A stretch of DNA of 64,000 nt from positions 382,912,001 to 382,976,000 of the forward strand of contig OZ024740.1 of assembly GCA_964016885.1 (NCBI GenBank), in the 5' to 3' direction. Origin of the DNA: Eledone cirrhosa (Eukaryota). Made by a program: the position numbers and the translations under genes. Shown here piece by piece: positions 1 to 11,882 of the stretch. Each line of letters opens with the position of its first letter. Position 1 is the first letter of the stretch. The notes below the pieces were generated by a model, which did no database searches, was not told where the DNA came from, and saw only the letters and a program-made list of their open reading frames with translations.

Positions 1-937
1 CGTCAAACGGATGGACAGGAGAAATGACATTGGGTTTGTATATTGGACGGTGGAATCTCAGATCACAGAGAACCATGTCATGATCAGAGAGTAGAGTTTT
101 CTCCACTGCAATATTGTGGATATTGTCAGTGTGATTGCTGAAAATTAAGTCTAGGACGTTTTTGTGGCACCTCGTTGGTTCGAGAACTAGTTGGGATAGG
201 AAGAAATCATCCATGAAGTCAAGAAGCGATTCCACAGCTTCCCTGTCAGAGGTTGAGGCAGAAGAACCTGGTGGCAGGGTGTTTGTGGACCAGTCAACTC
301 CGGGGAGGTTGAAGTCCCCCATCATTAATATGTTGTCAGGGTGACACTCTTGGATGAAACACTTTATGCTGTTGAGGCATTCCTTGAAGCATGGTACAGG
401 CGTTTGGGGTGGCCTATAGAGCCCAACTACTAATAGGTTGTTGGTTTGACTGAATACAGTGACTGCCTCACAGTATCCATTAGTGAATATGTTCATAGCC
501 TCTGTTGAGAAAGAATTATGGACATAAATGGCAGTTCCGCCCTTTCTTCTGCCAGCGCGATCAGCACGGATGGCTTTGAAATTTTTCACTTTCACCTCGG
601 CTTCCAAGTGGAGGTTACTGAGATGGGTTTCAGTGAGGACGAAGAAAGGGATGTGGTTTGGATGGACATCAATCCAGTCCTCCAGGAATTTGATCTTCCA
701 TTTTTGAGTATTGGTGGAAGGGCTGATGCCTTGGGCGTTAAGCAAAAATGTAGAGGCGAGAGTGGATGGTTTTAATTGTTTTGGTGTGTTGTTAATTTGT
801 TTGTTTGTTAATGGCAGCAATGGGAGTTTGTGCAGTGGGGTGATAGTGGAGGGTGGTGCTGGGTGATAGCTCGAATGTTTTTTTCCAGTTCTTTTGCCAG
901 ATTCATTATGGCTAAAAAAGAGGAAGAAGTTTCCTGT
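1..937 (-). CDS. LINE ORF2 N-terminal apurinic-like (APE/EEP) endonuclease domain, partial, with no initiator AUG
   Basis: Manual translation, open from 937 to base 1: LLNAQG...FVLTETH...RADRAGRRKGGTAIYV...GLYRPP...MGDFNLPGVDW...EPTR..NVLDLIFSN...LSDHDMV. It is absent from the ORF track because the stop lies outside the window. Confidence 0.93.
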
Positions 938-1965
938 TTAGAAGACTGTTGGTGACTGTGGTAGTGGTTATTTTTATGTAGGTTATGGTTTTTGTTTTTG
1001 CTTTTATTTTTAATTTTATTTTCATTTATCCGACGGGTCCCCGGGAGATGGGTAAAGGGACAATCCCGGTCTAAACACAATCTGTCTCGCAGGGAAAAAC
1101 GGCAGATTTGTGGATTCCTTGTTTGAGTTATTGGTGGTTGTGTTGGTGTTAAATTAGAGTATGTATTATGGTGGTGGCTGTTTGTGGGGATAGATCGTTT
1201 TGTCCTAGGTAAATGGGTGAATTTGCAGCCACTATCCGTACATATTCTATAGCGTAGAGAGTAGCGGCAAATGATGGGGTTTCGAGTGGGTGGGTATGTG
1301 GGTGTGGGTGTTGTGAGAGGTGTAGATGATGGTTTGGGTAGGATTTGACGACCTTTGTGGACTGTGGGAGGGAGAGTTCTTGTTCTGGTATTAGAAGGTA
1401 AATTCCTTGACATAGCAGTAGACAAAAATGTTGTAGTAGTAGTAGTAGTAGTAGGCAGAGATGTTGGCAGTGGTGATGATTGGACTGCTGGGCCAGAGAA
1501 AGGATGTGGCGTTTCATGCTGTGAGACAGAGGCTACTGGGGGGTCAATAGTTTCATTTAGTAGATCGGCCATTGTTGATGAATCAAGGAGTGGTTCACAC
1601 TGTTGTTGTCGTTGTTGTTGTTGTTGTTGCTGTTGTTGTTGTTGTAGCTGTTGTTGTTGTTGTTGTTGTTGCTGTTGTAGCTGCTGTTGTTGTTGTTGCT
1701 GCTGCTGGACAGCATTCGAAGAGAAAACACACCGTAGTTTATCCAAATGTTTATTGATTAATTTAAAAGCAATTTCGATTTGCTTTAATTTATTTTGAAT
1801 CTGTTGTTCAGATCGAGTTTTCAAAAATTGAACTGTACGTTTAGCAATGTCGTTCAGAGATGAAGCATCTATATTTTCTGTTTGGGAAAGGCAATGCCAT
1901 GTGTTTATTAGAATGTCGATTTCATTATCAGACCAGTTCTGTTTGGATTTTTGCTGGTTAGCCAT
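808..1965 (-). CDS. LINE ORF1 protein (385 aa): Myb/SANT-like N-terminus, polyQ, P/T-rich linker, two CCCH zinc fingers
   Basis: N-terminus WSDNEIDILINTW...RSEQQIQNKLKQI. Fingers CRYSLRYRICTDSGCKFTH and CRFSLRDRLCLDRDCPFTH (C-x8-C-x4-C-x3-H). It lies directly upstream of the endonuclease. Confidence 0.85.
   Translation of the reverse strand: MANQQKSKQNWSDNEIDILINTWHCLSQTENIDASSLNDIAKRTVQFLKTRSEQQIQNKLKQIEIAFKLINKHLDKLRCVFSSNAVQQQQQQQQQLQQQQQQQQQQLQQQQQQQQQQQRQQQCEPLLDSSTMADLLNETIDPPVASVSQHETPHPFSGPAVQSSPLPTSLPTTTTTTTTFLSTAMSRNLPSNTRTRTLPPTVHKGRQILPKPSSTPLTTPTPTYPPTRNPIICRYSLRYRICTDSGCKFTHLPRTKRSIPTNSHHHNTYSNLTPTQPPITQTRNPQICRFSLRDRLCLDRDCPFTHLPGTRRINENKIKNKSKNKNHNLHKNNHYHSHQQSSKQETSSSFLAIMNLAKELEKNIRAITQHHPPLSPHCTNSHCCH
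1601..1707 (-). repeat. (CAA/CAG)n trinucleotide repeat encoding polyQ in ORF1
   Basis: (TGT/TGC)n on the + strand. Confidence 0.95.
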
Positions 1966-2086
1966 TCTAGTTTTGAGTGTGTGTGTGTTTTAGTTAAGTA
2001 TTTCAATATATATATATTTTTTTTTTTTTAAATTTATTTTTGATTTATTTTTGTTTTTTGTTTTTCTTGTGTGTGAGTGAGAAGCG

Positions 2087-3259
<1,173 letters not shown>

Positions 3260-3333
3260 GTTTAATATAGACATGGCGTCTACGGAACTAGAACTGTTTC
3301 ATTCAAAAAACATCACCAGAAAGCGTTAAACTA

Positions 3334-3387
<54 letters not shown>

Positions 3388-3876
3388 ATGTGTGTGTGTA
3401 TGAGAGAGAGTGTGTATGTAAAAATGGTATGTTTGTCTGCGTAAATTATAAATAAAATGTGTTTATGTACACATTTCACGAGGCTTTGGTTAAGAACGTG
3501 CACTACTTGTAAAGGTATGAAATGATAGTATACTTTAAATATATATAAGCTTTAAATCCATGCAAAGAGTTTTCTGCTTTTCTGCTCTATCTCATGGGAT
3601 TGTTTTGGGATTGGTGTATTGGTTATGAATGTGGTGGTTACATTTTTATGAAGATCTCAACATATATCGAATGCAAGTAAAGCTGTTCATATTTTTCAAG
3701 CTACAGAAATATACATAAATATGACACGTTTTCTCTTTTCAGCATACACACTTTTGTATTTACCTCCAATTTTTCACAGTTTCGATTAAAAAAAAGGTAA
3801 TGTTTTAGATATATGAAAATGTAATATATGTTTAACGCACAAATTAGTTTACATAAATGTGCGTGTATGTATATGC

Positions 3877-3977
<101 letters not shown>

Positions 3978-4534
3978 GTTTTATATATAAATACATATAC
4001 ATGTATGTACATGCGCACTGATATATCTATGAATATTTGTGTATGTTTGTGTATATATATAGGGATTTATCAAGAGATAGAGAGATAGTCAGGTAGCCTT
4101 CTTGGGCCATGAAAATAAATGGTTATAATTTCACTCTTTTTCTTCTCAGTTATATTACTCTAGCAACAAAATATCCGTCAAGGATATTGCTCGCTATTAA
4201 TAAAAAAAATATATCAATGAACGACTGCTGAAACCCAGTAGCAAACATATCTTCATTAGGCGTCTATAAAACATTCAATATATTACATTAGGCGATGATT
4301 ATTTTTTACTTCCATCACATATTTAATACACATATGTATACTGACGCAAACATACGATAAGTACACACATAAAATCATATATGCAAACGCATTTTCATTT
4401 TTATTTGAAAAGTGACGAATCAATGACTTCAAGCATACGAAATAATTATGGGATAGGTCTATCGATTTATAATAATTATTGGGATATTTACTTGAATATT
4501 TTTATATTTCCTTCTCTATTCTCACGATGTATCC

Positions 4535-4668
<134 letters not shown>

Positions 4669-4895
4669 GTTTACATATACTCAGGGAGTGTAATGTGAAG
4701 TTACTGTAGGTTCACCCAGTTGAGCAGTCGATGTTTAGGTTCTGAAGTCAGTGGCATGGTGTAGAGCTAAACTGAGTAAAATACAAAACAAGGACTATTT
4801 GTTAAGCCTTCATTATGTTTATTGATTGGTGACGCAAGTTTCGGTATTGATATATATATTGATATATATATATACACAATATATATATATACACA

Positions 4896-4965
<70 letters not shown>

Positions 4966-5308
4966 GTGTGTGTGTGTGTGTGTGCCTATGCACATGATGT
5001 ATATATTTATGTAGGCGTACATGTGTATGTTCGCTTATTAAGAATGAAGTGTGATAGTGCTGTCCTTATTAGAGTTTCTTGTCACGTTGTATGATCATCT
5101 AGGATCTTAGAGACATTTACACACTCTTCATATATATATATCTTAGGTTTCTATAGGGTATTAAGGAGATGTGGGTTTGAGTCTCAAACAATTGAAGATT
5201 GTTGATCCTATGTAGTAGGGATACGTGTATCTCTCAGTACTAATGTTTGGTGCCAGTCCTTCCTTTATAATCTTCCCACTTCTGTATCTCCCCGCGTATA
5301 TTATACAT

Positions 5309-5386
<78 letters not shown>

Positions 5387-5408
5387 TTATGACGAGTTCC
5401 GTCAACGG

Positions 5409-5505
<97 letters not shown>

Positions 5506-5736
5506 TTGACGGAACTCGTATAGGTATCACTGTTAGGACCGGTTGCATATATATGTCAACTTACGAAGTAATGAACTAAGGAACGGCCTCTTGGAACGTA
5601 ACTCGTTTGTAAATTGGGGATTTACTATATAAAGAAAAGTCTGCATTATACAGTCACACATGCCCACCCCATATATATATATATATATATATGTGTGTTT
5701 GTAAATGTGTATATGTGTATATATATATATATGTGT

Positions 5737-5775
<39 letters not shown>

Positions 5776-5991
5776 CTGCATACTTTCATTTGCTCCGGCA
5801 GCTGAATTGTAGCTAGATAAGTCTCTCCTTGTGCCTCACCTTCATTTGCCAAACTGTTCACTGAACTATCAGTATGTCAACTTCTCCATTCATTTTAACA
5901 CTATGTTGTTGCCATAGTTTTAAGCAATAGCAGCGACGATTTAAAGTAATACCACCCAAATTGGTTTCTCTGTGTGAATATTTGTGTGTGC

Positions 5992-5993
<2 letters not shown>

Positions 5994-6066
<73 letters not shown>

Positions 6067-6100
6067 TGTGTGTGTGTGCATGTATGTGTGTGTGTGTGTG
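5994..6100. repeat. compound (GA)n(TG)n microsatellite
   Basis: Direct reading. Confidence 0.95.
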
Positions 6101-7695
6101 CCCGTCTTGATGTGTTTTCTCATTTGCCTACTAATGAAACTGAAACTCAATTTTTCCCAATTAGTTGAATATAAATCAAATTTGCTTGAATAGTCCTATC
6201 TAACAGCACATTAGTAAATGTTACGCGTGTAAAAACTGTAGTGTTTTTATTTGAACTAATTTAGCTGCTAGTAAAACTTGACTGATGAAGTAATTCCCCG
6301 TAGAATAACAACTATCTATAATAGGTCTCTCTAATTCACTAACACTTTTACATATATATGATTTGTATTTCTGAATTTGTTTCTACAAGTACTTCTTTCA
6401 AACATAAGTCATAACTGTCCACTGATTCCGGATAAATTTGTAGGAAACCACATTAATCTTACTTTCATTTAGATTCAATTAAAATCAACTTTCACCTACC
6501 TATGATGATAAAGAATACAATCTAAATATTGTTTTCTTACCCGTCATGATGTTATGCTTCAAATCACTATACATCTTTCAATATGACAGTTTTTTTTCTG
6601 AAAGAGAATTCTATTCTTAACAAGATCGTATTCAAAGACACGAATGTGACTGATTGTTAACTTCAATTACAACCCACTTCTATAGCATTAATCTTGTAGA
6701 AATATTTAAAAAAAAACATGAAAAGAAGCAAGATAACTGAATAACCATCAATTGTATCATTTATTAAATTATCTGACTTTTGCTTTAGAATGCACATTGT
6801 TTTCGCCGTGTAAGAATCTACACAAAAAGGTGCCATGTATCTATTTTTGTATCTCCGTATTTTGTTTAATATAACGCATTATATCCTAATCTGATTTCAT
6901 TCACCGTTGAAGAAAGCAAATGCCATTATCGAATACATGGTCCTATGAATTCTAATTTAATGTTTTCAACGTCTGAAAGCGTTATGTTTTCGGATATACG
7001 CAACAGACGAAAGCCTAATAAAATTTCAAATGAAAAATAAAAATTAAACACCATTCTAATATTGTGTTAGAAATATGATAAATAGATGCGAAAACACATT
7101 TCTAAAGTATAACAATTGCTACCAGTAACCGATTTCGAATAGCCATGCAGCGGAGTAAAACATTAACTTTCAATATGTCAGTGTTGTTTAACAAATGGTC
7201 TTCTCTGATAAACAATACGTGGCTCCGTTCTAGTGACATAGGAATAGATTTGATATTGCCCATGTTTCCAGCATACAGTTTGGGGGAGATTGATCTGCTC
7301 TTTTCTGCATATCAGGTAACTGCAGACATAATCCTTTGCTGGCTAGCATTCAATGGATATTGGTAAATGAATGGTAGACACTTGATGAAATGATGCTTTA
7401 AAATTAGTGCATTTATTAAAAGAAAACGGTAGTAGAATATGGACTGTAGAAGCGGAAGAAAAGCGTAATATAAGGAGTTTGAGTGTATACTAAATATGTG
7501 TCCATACTTTATTGGACAATATGGTTAAATTTCGGAGTAGAGTTTTATTTGGCTAAGGACAATTCACAACCATCCAAAGGTCTGACCACTGATATAGTAC
7601 TGGATATTTTAAAATTAAGATTATATATATATATATATAAAATAACTAAGTCAAATATGTAAAATTAGGCTTCGTTTATTATAATTTATAGATAT

Positions 7696-7750
7696 ACAGC
7701 TATATATATTTCGGTGACAGCCATCATTGGCTGTGACCTCTTCAGGCAGT
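7696..7750 (-). ncRNA. Type I minimal hammerhead ribozyme, family A
   Basis: ACUGC CUGAAGA GGUCACAGCCA AUGA UGGCUGUCACC GAAA UAUAUA UA GCUGU. Confidence 0.8.
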
Positions 7751-7851
7751 CCGAATTGGTGTAGGAATGACAGGTAGTCATATTGTTGAACTGTGTTTTA
7801 CTCCAACACACTTCAACAACATGTGTACCTCTCTTTCCCACACCAATTCGG

Positions 7852-7906
7852 ACTGCCTGAAGAGGTCACAGCCAATGATGGCTGTCACCGAAATATATAT
7901 AGCTGT
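7852..7906 (+). ncRNA. Type I minimal hammerhead ribozyme, family A
   Basis: Same motif on the + strand; stem I has one U.U mismatch. Confidence 0.8.
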
Positions 7907-8054
7907 ATATCTATAATTTATAATAAACGAAGCCTAATTTTACATATTTGACTTAATTATCTTACATTACTCCGGAGTAAACAAACCAACCTGCGTACTT
8001 CGTCGAGTGCTCCAATCTGCATACTGAAGAGGTATCGGTAAACAACCAACATAT

Positions 8055-8143
<89 letters not shown>

Positions 8144-8306
8144 GTATTTTTAACCGGTGGTCAATCAATGACAAATATTGATTGCCGAATAAATTAACTA
8201 TGGAGATATAAAAGATACAGAAGCGAAAACCAACAAAAAACAACCAGTGAGTGTATTCTGTTATTATTGCTGTCAATATTATAACAATATGACCCTCCCC
8301 GAGTAT

Positions 8307-8368
<62 letters not shown>

Positions 8369-8369
8369 A

Positions 8370-8435
<66 letters not shown>

Positions 8436-9430
8436 TACGAAATCATTTGTTTCGAATATATTGAATATATTAAGGGAAATAAGTACAGGGAGGTAGCTTG
8501 ATATATATAATTGTGTAGATTGAGAGCCAATTCAGTAATCAATAAACAAGGAAACCATTGGCAAGCTATAAATCGGCAAATAACATTATTCCATGGTAAC
8601 TCATTTAATCTTGTTGTCGTGAGTGTTACCTGCCACAACGGGAGCCCTCTGAAATCAACTTCTTAGTGAATTTATATTTTTCAAATCAAACAACTTTGTA
8701 TGTAGGTGAGGGTTAATTTGCATTATTCATACGTTTTAAAAAAGAAATAAGTAATAAACTAACGATTTCACTATAAAATAGGATTTCAATTATATTTTGA
8801 ACCAATATATTACAATAGTATTTCAAAATTGATCATAGCAAAGGCATGAAGTTTGTATGACTAATAATTTATCAGTATTTCTTTCCTTCCTTTGTAATAG
8901 CACGATTTCTGTTATACATATTTCATTGAAGCTGAAATTTATGCTGGTAATTACCTTAAGAACTGCCTGGTAATACATTGTTATTTTAATTAATTTCTCT
9001 ACTTGTAATTCAAATTGACCTTTTCAGAGCATTTTCAGAAGACAGTATCTGTGGCCTATCAATAGTCATGCTTTGGTCAATCGAAGGACACTGCATGCAC
9101 CATTTTTCTACCTTGCATACACCATATTATACATTAATATCCTTTGGAATCAAGTTGTAACATATTTATGTAGGAGGTTGACATATACCATGTCTTCATG
9201 TATTACATTACTTTTGGGTTTTGCAAATAATCAATGATCGTGTTAGATAGTATTTGACTGACCAGTTTATATAATACTTGTATGCAAGTGACTGGTCAAT
9301 ATTTATATAACTATATATATGTTATGCATTGCATATAGCGTTTTATTGTTCTGTGTCATTAAGAAATCTCTTTAACTTATATTTATAATTCACGGGATTC
9401 ATTTCAGCCAGATTGATATAGTTTATCAAT

Positions 9431-9471
<41 letters not shown>

Positions 9472-9609
9472 GAGAGAGAGAGAGAAATAGAGAGAGAGAG
9501 AGATAAAACAATAAAACTATGCATATATCAGATAAGTAGCACTCAACAGTGGGTAAAACTGGCGTATATATATAGAAGAAATTAAAAGATGGTTAAAAAA
9601 GTTCCATAC

Positions 9610-9677
9610 ATTTTATTATGCGCATTTCGAAAACAACATCATCCTGGGACAAACATTCTGTTCTCATCAGATAAAAT
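9610..9677 (-). ncRNA. Type I minimal hammerhead ribozyme, family B (intact core)
   Basis: AUUUUAU CUGAUGA GAACA...UGUUUUC GAAA UGCGCA UA AUAAAAU; 7-bp stem I and palindromic stem III. Confidence 0.8.
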
Positions 9678-10052
9678 AAGGTAACATGATATGAGGCCTA
9701 AAAACACTTGTGAACAAGAAAGGTGTACAGCTACATATGACAAAAATATAAGAGAAGAGAAAAAGTTGGAAAAATGAAGAAAAGGAAAGAAGAAGGAAAA
9801 GGAAAAATAAATAGAAGAGAAAAAAAGAAAGATAGAAGGAGGAGAGAGGAATCGAAAGGAGAGAGAGAGATACTTCTGATCGGGAAAGCTGTCAAAAATG
9901 ATGGGGTGAATGGGCTAATATTACAAATAGTAGATGTCTACTAGAATATAGAAACTGGGTATATTATTTAATATTGAGTTTTAATATTTTGTCATATGTT
10001 GAATGGACACTTTCTTGTTCATAAGTGTGTTTAGGCCTCAGATCATGTTACC

Positions 10053-10120
10053 ATATTTTATCTGATGAGAACACAATTTTATCCCAGGATGATGTTTTCA
10101 AAATGCGCATAATAAAATAT
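10053..10120 (+). ncRNA. Hammerhead ribozyme, family B, core-mutated copy (GAAA to AAAA)
   Basis: Inverted partner of 9610-9677; CpG-type loss of G12. Confidence 0.6.
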
Positions 10121-10180
10121 ATGGGAACTTTTTTAACCATCTTTTAATTTCTTCTTTATATATATATATAATATATATAT

Positions 10181-10399
10181 AGCGAGGGAAAAGTGGTAAG
10201 GAACCAGGTGGACCATAACGCACCAAAGTACTCAATACTTAGGGTAGTAGAGTGGGGTAATAGGAGTAAGTAAGACCCCGACGGCTGAGCTCAAGCCGTT
10301 TCGACGGCTAATTCTGTACAGAATTAGCCGTCGAATTGGTACAGAATTAGCCGTCGAAAACGGCTTGAGCTCGGCCGTCGGGGTCTTACTTACTCCTAT
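10181..10399 (-). mobile_element. Fold-back repeat family P (palindrome 10260-10399) carrying only the 3' half of a hammerhead
   Basis: GAAAC GGC UUGAGCUCA GCC GUC GGGG-like sequence on both arms. Homologous to 41668-41856 and 46290-46482. Confidence 0.75.
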
Positions 10400-10554
10400 A
10401 TATATATATATTATATATATATTATATATATATTATTATATTTATATATAATATATATGTATTGAAATTTCCGTTGGAAACAGAAAAGGTCATAGAAATG
10501 AAGAGTGCTCTATGTAAGGATCAGCAGCAAAATTTAATGTTTAAAATCAATACA

Positions 10555-10632
10555 ATTACCTCATTACCAGAGGTTTCCCGAATAAGGCGAATACGAAATA
10601 AACGACTTCATTCGTTCGTCAGACGAGGCAAT
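10555..10632 (-). ncRNA. Type I hammerhead ribozyme in the PLE pseudo-LTR (family C)
   Basis: AUUGCCUCGU CUGACGA ACGAAUGA...UUAUUCGG GAAAC CUCUG GUA AUGAGGUAAU; 10-bp stem I, extended stem II, GUA cleavage triplet. Confidence 0.85.
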
Positions 10633-11419
10633 ATAAAACATGGGCAAATACTTAGAAAAACACATCAAGAAAATCAAAAAGAATATATAGATAAATGAAA
10701 TAGAAATTGAAATATATAAAATCTATCAAGAAAAATAGTTAGGTGTGTGTATGTGTATGTATATACGCTCACAGATATGCATATATGTATATATGCACAT
10801 AGAAATGTATAGTTAGAAAGTGTGCGTAATTATAAAATTTAGGGCAAATGTATCTATATGTCTGTATTATACAGACAGAAATGGTTACATCGTAAATATA
10901 AGAATATAAAGTCGCGCGCATAAAAACGCCTGGACACTCGTACACTTAGATGTGGAAAGAAGGGAGGTAAAGATCGTATAATAATTAAAAGAAAAGTATC
11001 TGTCTCGATATATTTATAAAAATATAGTAACGATAAATTAGAAAGAAAAGATAGAAAGAAAAAATTTAAAGAAAACAAAAAAAGAGGGGGGTACATACAT
11101 ACACAGACACGCGTGTCTCACAAAAGAATGTAAAAAATAATTATGCTATATACACACACGCACTTACACTTCCATACGTTCGATACGTACATACACACAC
11201 ACACACACACACATACTTATACCCGCGCATATAAACCTGTATGCATACCCACGTATGAAACTGAGTAAGTAACAAAAGGGGGAGGGGGGGGAGAAGAAAA
11301 AAGGAACAAAAACATAAAACCGAAATGTCAAAAACACGGATATAAAGACACTTACATATACGCATAATATATACATACGCACACGCACAACACCTTGTAC
11401 ACACACACATACATACACG

Positions 11420-11454
<35 letters not shown>

Positions 11455-11882
11455 TATATATATAATATATATATATACATATACATACAGGCACGCGCGC
11501 GCACATACGTAGTCACTCATATACATATATAAAAAGTATACGCACATTAAGGCGTTCAGCCATATTGAAAATGTGGATAAATAAGTACAAATATAAAATT
11601 GTAAGATAGGCTGCGCAAAAATAAAAATAAAAATAAAAATGAAAAATATATCTGGATTGAAAAACACAAAAGACAAGTATAATCAGTTAGTGGAAGAAAA
11701 AGGGAAGTAAAAGAAGGGGAAGTAAAAAATAGAAAATAGGAAGTGGATCGGAGAATAAAGGGGGGGGGGGGGGGGGGGGGGTTGAAGTAAAAATAAATAA
11801 AAGTGAAAATAAATGAAATTATTGACAAGGAAAAGAATGAAAGTAAGTCAGAAAGGGTAATTAAAAAGAGAATAATAAGAGT

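Larger units (their letters stand above)
7641..8055. mobile_element. Non-coding HHR module, family A, head-to-head inverted pair (arms ~7641-7797 and ~7805-7960)
   Basis: ~155 bp inverted repeat with one HHR per arm, flanked by (TA)n and (TC)n(TA)n. Homologous to 25249-25425 and 53920-54020. Confidence 0.85.
9530..10158. mobile_element. Non-coding HHR module, family B, inverted pair (arms ~9575-9749 and ~9985-10154)
   Basis: Diverged inverted repeat around a purine-rich spacer, flanked by microsatellites. Confidence 0.8.

Noticed and set aside
1355-1798. + strand Cys-rich and Val-rich ORFs
   Set aside because: Antisense shadows of the ORF1 polyQ and polyT codons.
808-1965. ORF as a host polyQ transcription factor gene
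   Set aside because: Intronless and overlapping a LINE endonuclease, so better explained as ORF1.
8024-8050. Second CTGAAGAG in the family A tail
   Set aside because: No GAAA or closing stems.
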